DNA of 64,000 nucleotides from Octopus vulgaris (taxonomy: Eukaryota). The notes under the pieces are model-generated. The model was given only the letters and a program-made list of their open reading frames with translations, had not been told where the DNA came from and did no database searches. The translations under genes were made by a program, and so were the position numbers. Shown here in pieces: positions 38,258 to 51,805 of the stretch (its first letter is position 1; the number at the start of each line of letters is the position of its first letter). The DNA is taken from assembly GCA_951406725.2 (NCBI GenBank), contig OX597820.1, forward strand, positions 107,632,001 through 107,696,000, read 5' to 3'.

Positions 38258-40203
38258 ATAATAGTCAACTGCTACAAAGGTAAAGGTGACGCCCTAGATA
38301 CAAATAAGTACAGGGGTATCAAGCTGCTAGATCAGGTAATGAAGGTTACGGAGAGGGTTATAGCCCAATTAATTAGAGAGAGAGTTAGCTTAGATGAGAT
38401 GCAGTTTGGGTTTGTGCCAGGGAAAAGTACTACTAATGCCATATTCTTGGTAAGACAGCTGCAGGAGAAATACCTAGCCAAAGATAAGCCCCTGTACCTG
38501 GCTTTTGTTGACATGGAGAAAGCCTTTGACAGGGTCCCCTGATCCCTTATCTGGTGGTCAATGAGGAAACTAGGGATAGATGAATGGTTAGTGAGAGCTG
38601 TGCGAGCCATGTACAGAGACGCTGCTAGTAAGGTGAGGGTTGGCAACGAGTACGGTGAAGAATTCCGGGTAGAGGTTGGGGTCCACCAAGGTTCAGTCCT
38701 CAGTCCCCTCCTATTTATCATAGTCCTCCAAGCAATAACGGAGGAATTCAAGACAGGATGCCCCTGGGAGCTCCTCTATGCTGATGACCTTGCTCTAATT
38801 GCTGAGTCACTATCAGAACTGGAGGAGAAGTTTCAGGTGTGGAAACAAGCATTAGAATCGAAGGGCCTCAGAATCAACCTAGCCAAAACCAAAGTCCTAA
38901 TAAGTAGGAAGGTGGACCAATCACAAACGACTTCAGGTAGATGGCCCTGCTCGATCTGTAAAAAAGGTGTAGGTAGAAACTCTATAAGGTGCACCAAGTG
39001 TAAGCTATGGACACATAAGAGGTGCAGCAATGTCAAAGGAAGGCTAACTAGGAAAATAGTTTTTGTCTGTGGCAGATGCTCAGGAGCAATAAACACTGGA
39101 AATGTGCAGAGACCAACTTCTACCACGTTCCAGGGAGACAAACTAGAAGTAGTTGATAGCTTCCGCTACCTAGGTGACCAAGTCAGTAGCGGGGGTGGGT
39201 GTGCTGAAAGTGTAACAGCTAGAGTAAGAATAGCCTGGGCAAAGTTTAGAGAGCTCTTACCCCTGCTAGTGACAAAAGGCCTCTTGCTCAGAGTAAAAGG
39301 CAGACTGTATGATGCATGTGTATGTACAGCCATGCTACATGGTAGTGAAACATGGGCCGTGACTGCTGAGGATATGCGTAAGCTCGCAAGAAATGAAGCC
39401 AGTATGCTCCGATGGATGTGTAATGTCAGTGTTCATAATCGACAGAGTGTAAGTACCTTGAGAGAAAAGTTGGACCTAAGAAGCATCAGTTGTGGTGTGC
39501 AAGAGAGACGATTGCGCTGGTATGGTCATGTGGCGAGAATGGCTGAAGATAGTTGTGTGCAAAAGTGCTACACCCTAGCAGTTGAGGGAACCTGTGGAAG
39601 AGTAGACCCAGGAAAATCTGGGACGAGGTGGTGAAGCACGACCTTCGAACTTTAGGTCTCACCAAGGAAATGACTAGAGACCGAGACCTATGAAAGTATG
39701 CTGTGCGTGAGAAGACCCGGCAAGACTAGTGAGGCCATAACCCGTGGCCCCTACATTGGATGTAGTCAGTCCACCTGTGCATACCTTCCTTCTTGTGACA
39801 CTTGTGAAGACCTGTTGAGGCAAGTGAAAATCAAACCAAATCAAAATAGATGAACATCAATGGAATTTGTATCTTTGTGGTACCAGTGCTGGTGGCACAT
39901 AAGAAAACCATCCGAACGTGGCCGTAGCCAGTACCGCATCGACTGGCCTCCGTGCTGTGGGCACGTAACAAACACCATCCGATCGTGGCCGTTCACCAGC
40001 CTCGTCTGGCACCTGTGTCGGTGGCACATAAAATCACCCACTACACTCTCGGAGTGGTTGGCGTTAGGAAGGGCATCCAGCTGTAGAAACACTGCCAGAT
40101 CTTACTGGCCTGATGCAGCCTTCGGGCTCCTCAGACCCCAGTTGAACCGTCCAACCCATGCTAGCATGGAAAGCGGACGTTAAACGATGATGATGATGAT
40201 GAT
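38258..40203 (+). mobile_element. 5'-truncated RTE-clade LINE (RT with PHD-like insert, repetitive 3' UTR, (GAT)n tail)
   Basis: QFGFVPG, FVDMEKAFDRVP, GVHQGSVLSP, LYADD, FRYLG, MLHGSETW, LRWYGHV; stop at ~38540. Confidence 0.93.
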
Positions 40204-41217
40204 ATATGTATTATGTTATGTGTATGCATAGAAACACCTATGTGTGTATGAGGATGAAGTTGCATGCATATATACATATATATATATATGTGAGTACTGT
40301 AGTTCGCTTGAAGCATTGTTTATTGTTTGTAAAAAATAATGTCTTGAATGGCACAACAATGCACTATAATAACAACAATGAACTATAATGGCTGTTATAA
40401 GTTAATCATCCATAGTCTGATATAATATTTTGGAATATAAAAATTCCTTCTTGAGATATTCTTAGGAATTGATCAAGTCACTGCCATAATCGGTTTTCCA
40501 ACGGATTTTTCCCCCCAGAAGCGTCTCTGCAGTGGTCTCACAAAGCTCACCGGAATTCCTCATGAGAAGTACGTAAGTGCGGCAATATCTGAAGCTTGTG
40601 TGTGCTGGCACATCCGTAGCGCTGCTTCTAAGTTATGTATTATACATGCAGTTTCTATTTTTTGTCTCCTTCTTTCTTTTTTTTTTTTATAAATAATACA
40701 TGAGCATGTTATCAAAAATAAACCTACACACATATACATGTAGCTAAATAATATATTGACTGCCAACCTCCAGCCTGTTGTTAATTTGGAACCCTAGTCT
40801 GTCTATGAGGATAGCTTCCTTAATTCTTAGATTACCTAAATTTCTTTAATTGGCCTCGTTGCTGTCCGTCGTTAAGAAATGCCAGCCATGGTGACTCTAC
40901 TATCCTCAGATTCTATCCCTTCAAACTTTGGTTTCCAATATTTTATTATTTTTATTCAGCTTGCAAGTTCGTCTGTCCCTTTTAAATGTTAGTGTTTGAA
41001 GCAGACCTTTCCATTGTCACTGCCTGATATTTATGATTGATCTTTCAAAATATTTTATTTCTCAACTTACTCAAGATCTTTTGTTGTTTATAAATGGGAG
41101 AGAGATAGATAAAGATAGAGAGTAAGAGAAAGCGAGGGAGAGTCCGAGAGAAAGGAAGAGTAAGAGAGTGGGAAAGTGAGAGAGAAAGGAAAGAGAAACA
41201 AAGAGGGAGAATCATCA

Positions 41218-42462
41218 ACATCATTATCATCGTTTAACGTCCGTTTTCCGTGCTAGCACGGGTAGGACGGTTTCACCGGGGTGTGGGAAGCTAGGAGGCT
41301 GCACCAGGCTCCAGTCTGATCTGGCAGAGTTTCTACAGCTGGATGCCCTTCCTAACGCCAACCACTCCATGAGTGTAGTGGGTGCGTTTTTTGTGCCGGG
41401 GGGGGGGGGGGAGGAGGGGGAGGGCTGGCAGTGGACACAATCGTATGGTGCTCTTTTGGTGCACTTTGCACCCTGCTAGCACGGATGCCAGTTGTCGAAT
41501 TTGATTTTGATTTCACTTACCTCAACAGGTTTTCGCAAGCAGAGTTTAGTGACCAAAGAAGGAAAAGTACGCATAAGTGGGCTGGTTACGCTCCTGTTAT
41601 AGTCCACAGGTTATGGTCTCATTTGGCTTGCCGGGTCTTCTCAAGCACAGCATATTTCAGAAAGTCTCGGTCGCTAGTCATTTCCTTGGTGAGGCCTAAT
41701 GTTTGAAGGTCCTGCTTCACCACCTCATCCCAGGTCTTCCTGGGTCTACCTCTTCCACAGGTTCCCTCAACCGCTAAGGTGTGGCACTTTTTCATGCAGC
41801 TATCCTCATCCATTCTTGCCACATGACCATACCAGCGCAGTCGTCTCTCTTGCACACCACATCTAATGCTTCTTAGGTCCAACTTTTCTCTCAAGGTACT
41901 AACACTTTGTCGAGTATGCACACTGACATTACACATCCATCGGAGCATACTGGCTTCATTCCTTGCAAGCTTACGCATATCCTCAGCAGTCACGGCCCAT
42001 GTTTCACTGTCATGTAGCATGGCTGTTCGTACACATGCATCATACAGTCTACCTTTTACTCTGAGCTAGAGTCACCAGCAGAGGTAAGAGCTCTCTAAAC
42101 TTTGCCCAGGCTATTCTTATTCTAGCAGCTACACTTTCAGCGCACCCTCCTCCGCTACTGACTTGGTCACCAAGGTAACGGAAGCTATCAACTACTTCTA
42201 GTTTTTCTCCCTGGAATGTGGCGGAAGATGGCCTCTGTGCATTTTCAGCGTTTATTGCTCCCAAGCATCTGCCACATACAAAAACTATCTTCCCAGTTAG
42301 CCTTCCTTTGATATTACTGCACCTCTTACGTGTCCATTGCTTACACAGGGTACATCTTATAGAGTTTCTACCTATGCCTCTACTACAGATCGAGCAGGGC
42401 CATCGACCTGAAGGGATTGTGGTTTGCCTGCCTTCCTACTTATTAGGACCTTGGTTTTAGCT
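41218..42462 (-). mobile_element. RTE LINE 3' fragment, same family
   Basis: ORFs 41619-42020 and 42049-42264; (GAT)n tail at 41218. Confidence 0.9.
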
Positions 42463-42584
42463 AGAAAACGGTGGTATTAATGACAGCTAGGATACTTAGG
42501 AAGGCTCTTGACATCTAAGGTTACTTGTTGTAGTCCGATGTTAGGATTTTTTCTTTTCCAACAGTCTAATTTGCTGTGTGTATA

Positions 42585-42632
<48 letters not shown>

Positions 42633-42634
42633 TT

Positions 42635-43470
42635 TTTGGACACCATGTGGTGTCAAAACCCAGCAAAGGATAGAGCAACCCACGAGAGTCAGTGGCTGTC
42701 CAAAAACCAGTAGACAGAGCTTGTTAGCCTTGATTGGCAGCCTGTCTTGGGGAAGTGGTAAAGGAAAGCTTAATCATCTGCTATTCATAGATGACTTGGT
42801 GTAATTCACAGAAACTGAGGCAGAACTGGATAGTGTAGTCCAGTCTGTGCAGACTTTTCTCAAATGATATCAAGATGGAGTTTGGGCTTTCTAGATGTGC
42901 TGTGATGGTGATGAGACAAGGTAAGTTTGTCAGAACAGAAGATATATGTATGCCAATTGATAAAATGATGAAGACAGTTGAATCAGAACCTGGATATAAA
43001 TACCCAGGAATATTCAAGGCAGATTGAATTAAGCATAATGATATGAAAGAAAAAACAAAGTATATGTGGTGATTGAGAAACTCATGCACAATCACAGTGG
43101 TTGGGTTTGGATCTGGAATTCTGAAGTGCACAGAGGATGAGCAAAAGGAGTTGGACAGGAAGACAAGAAAACTCCTAATAATGCATGGAGCCCAATAGTG
43201 GTGGACAAGGTGAACCACATGTGCTCTATAATTGATGTTGCATGCTCCTGTGACCCATGAATAGTTAAGAAGGCAGGTGTAAAAATAAACATATAATACA
43301 ATCATCTTCAATATGGGATAGCTTGACTGTAGAAAATGAAGAAGGTGGAAACAATGTTAACTATTGTTGGATCCCTGGGGACAGTATCAGAAAGCATCAA
43401 GACGAATATAAAAGAAATGAGTATAGAGTGCCCGGCAGAGGTGTTGCAAAACATTTGCCTCCTTAAAGAG
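42635..43470 (+). mobile_element. R4/Dong-like RLE retrotransposon, deleted fragment in (TAA)n
   Basis: LNHLLFIDDL, MEFGLSRCA, YKYPGI, IDVAC, IVGSLG; bounded by TAA arrays. Confidence 0.75.
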
Positions 43471-43494
43471 AACAAATAGCATTATTATAATGCT

Positions 43495-43525
<31 letters not shown>

Positions 43526-43539
43526 TGATAATAATAATT

Positions 43540-45640
43540 GCAAGCAAGTTTATGTAGATCAGAAGCACATCCATCAGTGGCTATGGAGCTCAGAGCTAAA
43601 GGCAGAGAGTGAAGGCTTTATCTTAGCTGCTCAAGATCAGAGCTTATTGATCCATAACTACCAAGCCAATATGATGAAAAATGGAGTAGACCCAAAGTGC
43701 TGATACTGCAATGATGAGATTGAAACAGTGGACCACTTAATTTCTGGGTGTAAAGTTTTGGCACCTGTAGAGTATAAATGAAGACATCACATAGTTGGTT
43801 GATATGTTGGCATTATAAAAATCAAGACTGCTAACAAATGGTACAAGCACCACCCCGAGGTTGTAACTGAGGGAGAAAATATAATGATTCTTTAGGACTT
43901 TCCAGTACATACAGACCAGACCATCAAAGCCAATAAACCAGATATTGTTGTGAAAGACCAAGACAATAAAGTTTGTTTATTGATTGACATGATCGACCAA
44001 GTCAGTAGCGGGGGAGGATGCACTGAAAGTGTAGCTGCTAGAATAAGAATAGCCTGGGCTAAGTTCAGAGAGCTCTTACCTCTGCTGGTGACAAAGGGCC
44101 TCTCGCTCAGAGTAAAAGGTAGACTGTACGATGCATGTGTATGAACAGCCATGCTACATGGCAGTGAAACATGGGCCGTGACTGCTAAGGACATGTGTAA
44201 GCTTGCAAGGAATGAAGCCAGCATGCTCCGATGGATGTGTAATGTCAGTGTGCATACTCGACAGAGTGTAGGTACCTTGAGAGAAATGTTGGACCTAAGA
44301 AGCATCAGATGTGGTGTGCAAGAGAGACGACTGCGCTGGTATGGTCATGTAGTGAGAATGGATGTTGATAGCTGTGTGAAAAAGTGCCACACCCTAGCAG
44401 TTGAGGGAACCTGTAGAAGAGGTAGACCCAGGAAGACCTGGGATGAAGTGGTGAAGCATGACCTTCAAACATTGGGCCTCACCAAGGCAATGACTAGTGA
44501 CCGGGACTTCTGGAAATATGCTGTACTTGAGAAGACTCGGCAAGCGCAAGTGTGACCATAACCTTGTGGCCTATGCCAGGGGTGTAACCAGTCCACTTAT
44601 GCGTGCCTTTTCTACATTGGACACTAAACTCTGCTTGCAAAGACTAGTTGAGGCAAGTAAAATCGAAGTTGAAATCAAGTTCGGTGACTGGCATCCGTTG
44701 CTAGTGGAACACTAAGAGTACCATACAAGTGAGATCGTTGCCAGAGCAACAAACTGGCCTTCGTGCCGATGGCACGTTAAGCACACCATGCAAGTGTGAT
44801 CGTTACGGCGTCGCCTTACTAGCACTTGTGTTGGTGGCATGTGAAATATTCGAGCGAGGTCGTCGCCAGTGCCGCTGGACTGGCCGTTGTGCAGGTGGCA
44901 CGTAAAAAGCACCATTTGGGTGTGGCCATTGCCAGTACCACCAAACTGGCCCTCATGCCGGTGGCACGTAAAAGCACCCACTACGCTCTCAGAGTGGTTG
45001 GCGTTAGGAAGGGCATCCAGCTGTAGAAACTCTGCCAGATCAGATTGGAGTCTGGTTTGCCAGACCTCAGTCAAATCGTCCAACCCATACTAGCATGGAA
45101 AGCAGACGTTAAATGATGATGATGATGAGAATAACTTGTAATCATAATATCTCAGCAAAGGAATTTGAAAAGCTCAGAAAATATAAAGATCTGCTGATTG
45201 ATATCGAAAAAATGTGACATCTCAAGATGGTTACAATACCAGTGATTGTAGGAGCACTTGAAATGATCAGAAAAGGAACTGAAAATTATTTGAGGATGAT
45301 CCCTGGCTTACCATCCATGCAAGAAGTGCTAAAGATTGTTTTAACTGTATATGACGTGTATTGAGGAGCGCATTGTCACTCTGAATTTTCTTTCCTATTT
45401 TTCCTTTTTTTTAAATTTTGAATTTTTTATTTTTTCCTTTTCTCCATTTGTTTCTTTCTCTTTTTTTCTATCACACAACTTTGTAAAAGAACAATCTGGT
45501 GTGTTTATTTAAATGGCCTACCAATGTATACAGTGAGTTTCTTTGCTCTAGGTGTCAGGAAGACACTCGGCAAGAAAAGGAAGCAAAATTGAAAGTAAAG
45601 GATAATAATAAAAATAAGAAATTGCAATTGACATGAGAGC
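43540..45640 (+). mobile_element. R4/Dong-like 3' end interrupted by an RTE insertion
   Basis: ESEGFILAAQDQ, C..C..ETVDHLISGC, ANKPDIVV..LLIDM; resumes ~45150 with EKLRKYKDL..IPVIVGAL. Confidence 0.85.
43994..45127 (+). mobile_element. RTE LINE 3' fragment nested in the R4/Dong element
   Basis: [23 protein letters not shown]; (GAT)n tail. Confidence 0.9.
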
Positions 45641-45877
45641 AGAGCAAGCCTAAAAAAACTGCTCTGTAGGGGACAGCTAGGATTTTGAGATTGGTACTTG
45701 GATGTTGAATGTCTTCCACGATAATTAACAACCAAGTATCAAAGCTTATAATGTGCTGAAAGAGATCCTGTGAGAACTCTGACAGCAGGCTGCTGTCCAC
45801 TCTCACAGAATCTATCAGAACAAATAAGACCAAGCACTCTGAAAATTAAGACAATGATGATGATGAGGATGAGGATG

Positions 45878-45914
<37 letters not shown>

Positions 45915-45915
<1 letters not shown>

Positions 45916-46252
45916 CTTCAGACAACGTGTCTCTAAAGAAATGGAGAAACTTTCAAAATACAAAGACCTGGAAATAGAGGTAACCAGAATGTGGAATCTA
46001 AAAACAGAAACAATTCCTATCATAGGCATGATAAAAAAATATTCAGACAAATACATAACAAAAACACCAGGACTTACAAACACATATAACATACAGAAAA
46101 TTGCACTACTAGGCACTGCACACATCCTACGCAGAACACTTTCCATACAATAACCATCAGAGCATCACAACAAATCACAGCACATACCTAAGGCACACAG
46201 AGCTGCGCTCGGTAGTGAAGTGAAAGCACGCTATAAAAATAAAACTACTGAA
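45915..46252 (+). mobile_element. R4/Dong-like short 3' copy between (TAA)n arrays
   Basis: EKLSKYKDLEIEVTRMW..IQKIALLGTAHILRRTL*. Confidence 0.85.
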
Positions 46253-47240
46253 TGATGATAATAATAATAATAATAATAATAATAAGAGTGAGTAGGTGGT
46301 TATTTTTAGATAATCAGAACTATCTAACATCACATGAATTAATTAATGAGGTATTTTTTTGTTTCTGTTTTGGCAAAAGACAGTATATGTTTCACAATAG
46401 ATGGGATAGTGAAGTAATGATCAGAAGAATTTGGTGAACATAAAATGGTCTTTGACTAGTAGCAAATAACATAATACAGGACTCTTTGTATTTGTTTAAA
46501 CAGTCTGGTTGATTAATTGTTCAATCATTGTAGACTTTGTTCTGCATTGATAAAAGACTGTACAATTGTGTATGTATTTATGTATGTGTGTATAGACATG
46601 TGTATGAATGTGTGTATATTTATTTATATAATTACACACACAAGCGTATGTGTATAAGTATGTATATGTTTGTATGTGTGTATATATAAGTATCATGTCC
46701 CCAAAAATGTATACATAGAATGATTATAAAGTTACAGTTTATTAAAATACATTTCATTATCAAAATTTAGGTGAACTTTGTCTTTCATTCCTCCAGGTTT
46801 AATCAAAATATGTATGGCACTTCTGCTGGAGGCACTGTACACTAACATCCTCATGATTCCACAAATTCCTATTTTAGGCTCCTCTTTTCAAGTGCCCTTT
46901 CCATATAAGCTTCTCAAAGCATTGTCTACTCAAAAACCAGGATTTTTTTTCTCCCATCAAATCAAACCATGGCATAAAGTTTGATTTTTGCATGTGTATG
47001 CAGCATGGTTTAGGAATTTGAGTGCTTTCCTTAAATCAGCTTGTGACTTCCATGCATTAATTAACCTTCAGACATTGATTAGCACCATACTGAAGATTGA
47101 CATGATTTTTTTTGTTTACTTTCTCCATTGTACTTTGTCACTCCTATTGTAGAAAACAACAGGGTGCAAAGGTGTTTTGATTCTGATTATATATGCATGT
47201 ATATATATATATGTGTGTATATATCTATATATCTACATAT

Positions 47241-47300
<60 letters not shown>

Positions 47301-48111
47301 ATACATATATATATATATGTTATCACGTGTATTTGTGTGTGTGTCTGTGTGTATTATGTATATAATAATATAAATATATAAATATATGCATATATACATA
47401 CATATATGTACATACCTACATATATATGTATATATACACATGCATATAAGTGTAGAGGACATTAAAAAAGCGTTGAACACAATGAGAAACGAAAGCATAG
47501 AAATGAACTCTTTTCAAACATCAGGAAAAAACAAACAGAGAAACGAGACATACAACATAAAGAATATTCCACTTCATCAGTTGTCCCTGTTTCATCTACT
47601 CCGCATTTCGAAGGTAAGGACAAGATGCAACTTTGCTGAAACAGTCCTTGCTGCAAAGCAAATTAAATAAAATTTGAGATTTTTTGCAGAGGGTGAAAGT
47701 GGTATCAAGAACAGGACAGTGAGAACAAAACAGTAAAAGCAAACGTTGTGGGCTGTTAAGCCAAGATGATAGAAAAATTCTGAATGTTAGGAGGACAAGC
47801 TTATGAAGGAGACAGTATAAGCATGTTGTTGTCTTTACGAAGGTAGTAGTGAGAAAGATAGATTCTCTTTCGTCACGTGTCAGCGACAGAGAGTCGAGGA
47901 GGAGGAGTGAGAGAGAGAGAGGGAACGGTGAAGAGGAGAGGAGAAGGATAGGGAAGGGTGGGAGAGAAAACCAGAAAGGATGAAGAACAAGAGAGGGAGA
48001 GCGATAGACAGAGAAGAGATAGTAAAGATAGAAGAGTGTGCATCATAATTATTAAAATAAAACTTACTTGGAATAGGATGTGTGGCGTTCGATCATATAA
48101 TAATATAAATA

Positions 48112-48306
48112 ATCATCATCATCATCATCATCATTTAGCATCCGTTTTCCATGCTAGCATGGGTTGGACGGTTTAACTGGGGTCTGTGAAGCCCGAAGGC
48201 TTCATCAGGCCCAGTCAGATTTGGCAGTGTTTCTACGGCTGGATGCCTTTCCTAATGCCAACCACTCTGTGAGTGTAGTGGGTGCTTTTTACGTGCCACC
48301 TGCACG
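48112..48306 (-). mobile_element. RTE tail or RTE-tailed SINE
   Basis: Reverse complement of the RTE 3' terminus with (GAT)n. Confidence 0.8.
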
Positions 48307-48371
48307 TAATAATATATATATATATATATATTTTACAAACAAACTTTAGAAGCACCAAATGTGTTGGTATC

Positions 48372-50147
48372 TTACAGACAAAGTAAATTTCAAAGTATAG
48401 CTGTGAAAACAGCAGAGCAAAATTGGGTATTTACCAAAGGTGGGTACTGTTAATTGAAAAGTTAACTCCATTAACTGTTAGTCTGTTAACCAAAAAGTTC
48501 ACTTCAATCAGTTAATTTGTTAATCGGTTAATTCTTTAAAAATGTAATGGAAGTTATTGATAAACCATTAACGTTAACCTTTATAATAGAAAAAGACAAG
48601 AAATTCATTTTTACTCTAAAACCATCTAAAAACACCTTTAAAAGTGCCAAAACTATAAAATCAAACCTTTTTTTGGCTTTTTAAAGGGCTTTAGAACCCC
48701 AAAACTATAGCTTTTTTTTTTTTTTTTTGCTTTAGAGTTAAAAAATGCTGATTTTATAGTTTTAACTTTTAAAACACTTAAAAAAGGCTGGTTTCATAAT
48801 ATTGGCTCTTTTTTAGGTTTTTAAAGACTTTTAGAGCCAGAAAAGGGTGAAAAAAAACTGGCTTAAAAAGTTTATTGATAAAGTGGTTGTAATAAAATTA
48901 AAATTTAAAAAAATGAAAAACATGATATATACATAATATAATTTGTCCTTCTTCTTCTTCTTCTTCTTCTTCTTCTTCTTCTTCTTCTTCTTCTTCTTCT
49001 TCTTCTTCTTCTCCTCCCTCCTCCTCCTCCTCCTCCTCCTCTTCCTCCTCCATTTTGTTCATGAGATGCATGTTGCTCTTCATGAAAATTAGCATGTCAA
49101 CATTTTCATCAAACAGGGACGATCTCTTGGCCTTCAAAATGTCCTTGCCCATAGAGAACAAATGCTCCACTGTAGCACTGGAGGGGATGGCTGTGTTGAA
49201 CTTGTTGAACAAGTCTACCAGCACTTGCTCACCCATGAAGGCAGCATCTGTCAGCAAGTCCCTGGAGTTGATCTCCAACCAGGTCTTCACCAAATTCTGG
49301 GCCTTGTCCTTGAGTGACCTGTGGCTCCTGCTGTTCTCTTTTGGCTGGGTGACACCACTGAAGAAGTCATCCTCCTTCATTGTTGCTGCTTACTTCATCA
49401 GACTGCTGCTTCATGGCCTCTTCGACTTTACCCTCCATACTTTTCCTCACCTTGGTGACGTCATACTTATCCAACCAGATGAGGCGAAACCTGGGGTGGA
49501 AGGCAGTAGCCAGCTGGCTTTCCTCATCCTGCAGGAACATCCTAAACCATTTGTCAATGCCTGCTAAAAGTGCATCGACCAAGGGGCTACAGTAGACAAG
49601 GCCTTTGGACTTCAAGTCCTTGAGCCTAACGATCATTGCAACAACTTGAGTTAACGGAAGTTAAATGTAATAGAAGTTAATTAGTCCAATAATGATTTCA
49701 AAAGTAACTTAAAAGTTAAATCATTAACAAAAGTTCTAACTTCATTAATTAATGATTAATGGTTTGGTACCCAGCTTTGGTATTTACCCTTAGAAGATGG
49801 GAAAAAGTTACCAACAGGAGGCTATGGGGAGTCGAATCCAGTACCCCTCAGATACTGGCTGAGTGCTCTAATGGCCGCTGACAACAATTACTGTAAATTT
49901 TAATGTTAAATAATAGCTTTTCAAATGTGTCGTAAAGCTATCATTTAGCATTAAAATTGATGGTAATTGTTGTCAGGAGCCACTTAGCTTAATGGTTAGA
50001 ACATTCAGCCAGTATCTGAGGGGTATGGGATTTGACTCCATGTAGCCACCTGCTGGCAACTTTTTTCTATCTTCTAAGGGTAAATACCCAATCTTTCTCT
50101 GATGTCTTCACAGCTATACTGCATTTGAAATTTACTTTCCTGTGTGT
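48372..50147. mobile_element. Palindromic element with two divergent tRNA-like heads (left arm split by the hAT)
   Basis: Arms 48372-48434 + 49788-~49920 vs ~49934-50147; right head TAGCTTAATGG / GGATTTGACTCC at ~49978-50050. Confidence 0.8.
48435..49779 (-). mobile_element. Internally deleted hAT transposon
   Basis: 8-bp TSD GTATTTAC (48427-48434, 49780-49787); TIR CAAAG(G/C)TGGGTAC; C-terminal dimerisation motif NTAIPSSATVEHLFSMGKDILKAKRSSL (48898-49636). Confidence 0.93.
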
Positions 50148-50198
50148 AAAATATATAAATACACACACATTTAATGATGATGATGTAATATATACATA

Positions 50199-51442
50199 CT
50201 AGCAGAGTTACCTGATTACATTCAATTGAAGAATTAGACTTTTGTGTTATATTTTCTGTAATGAACTGGAATATCTATGTTTCGAATTTCACCATAATTG
50301 CAGATGAGGGTTATTTCCCTCTTTACACACCCTAAAAAAATTGTAATCATGCCACATGTATCCCATACTACTGATTTTTATGCGCATATTCCAAAATTCC
50401 AGTCTTATTGAACCTGTTAAAAAGATTTTGCTCTTAAAAAATGAAGGCCATGGAGCTCTAAAATGTGAGAGTTAAGGCCCCTGTTGGGGGTGGGCATCTT
50501 AATGTCAACCAGAGGAGTTGAATTGTTGAGAATCTTTTTAACTTGGGTCTTATATCTATTGTTTGAATTTCTTTGAAATAGGAAATATATGTTCACTGGG
50601 TTTGTAAAAGAGAGCAAAGCTACAGGAAACCAAAAGACGAATGATCACAATAAGCAGTCAGTTACCACTCCCAATGTGACAGGTGACAGGCACAGCCGTA
50701 TGATGCATTACGAATGTATAGCAATTGGAAGGGCGTGATGTGAGGGCTAAGGAAAAATGAAAGTGTCACCTCTGGAGTTTGCAAATGACCACTATACTGA
50801 TACGTAACTGGACAGAATAAATTTATAATGTATAGATGTCTTTGAATAACCAGTCACTCATCTGGGATGGCCTTGAAATCAATGTTAGCATCTGGGGACT
50901 ATGTGTGACCCAGTGATAATAAAAAGACTGAAAGGAAATCTGCAATCAAATAACTTTACTCAACACTTTGCAACTGAATGAGTGGAGGCAAAGATGCCTC
51001 TCATTTACTTGACAATTTATGCAGCACATTGCAGAAATCACAATCTAAGTGTATGTCAAAGCAAACTCTTACACTGTTGTACCATTGAATTACAAATAAT
51101 GCTCATCTTTTATGCTCAGGTAACCCTACAGCTTCCAAGATTACAACTGTATTCGTCTTTGCTTAGATAAAATGACAAAATTGTGGGTGTTAAGTCCCCA
51201 TGGAGAGGTCTTTCTAACTTGTAAGAAGATGAAATTTTATAAATATTACTTCATTTGTATCTAATATCTATAGTTAAAATTTCATCAACAGCAAAAATAT
51301 ATGAATTGTCATGGGGGTTATGGCCCTTATGCATAGAATATAATTTCCAAATTTCATAAAGATCCATTCAGTACTTTTGACCTAGTTTTGGATCATAAAA
51401 GAAATGACTAAAATTTGGGAGTTAAGGCTCCCATTAGGGCGT

Positions 51443-51445
<3 letters not shown>
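50199..51445 (-). mobile_element. Possible non-autonomous Helitron
   Basis: A|CTAGCAG end at 50199; other end in (TA)n; internal degenerate inverted and direct repeats. Confidence 0.4.
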
Positions 51446-51495
<50 letters not shown>

Positions 51496-51710
51496 TCACA
51501 TACAAAGATAAATTGATAGATACAACTGAGTGGGCAAATAAAAATATGAGACACAGCCTAGTGCTTTTTTTTGTGATAAGCCTGGTACTTATTCTATTAG
51601 TTTGTTCTTGTGAAACCAGTAAGTTATGTAGATGTAAATAAATGAACAGCAGTTGTGAAGCAGTGATGAAGGAGAAACACAAAGATACACACATAGACTT
51701 ACTTACATAT

Positions 51711-51766
<56 letters not shown>

Positions 51767-51805
51767 GATTGATTTGTTTCAGTTCCTGTCTATGAAATCC
51801 ATATA

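Noticed and set aside
39885-40050. CRISPR-like spaced repeats (GTGGCAC..AAA) in RTE 3' UTRs
   Set aside because: Degenerate tandem repeats of a eukaryotic LINE UTR with related spacers and no cas genes.
40519-40572. MIF/tautomerase-like peptide KRLCSGLTKLTGIPHEK
   Set aside because: Too short, and no other exons of such a gene were found.
47560-47660. HHR on the minus strand (CTGATGA and GAAA present)
   Set aside because: No consistent stems I-III could be formed.
48948-49050. Poly-Glu host protein
   Set aside because: (GAA/GAG)n microsatellite at the end of the hAT transposase remnant.
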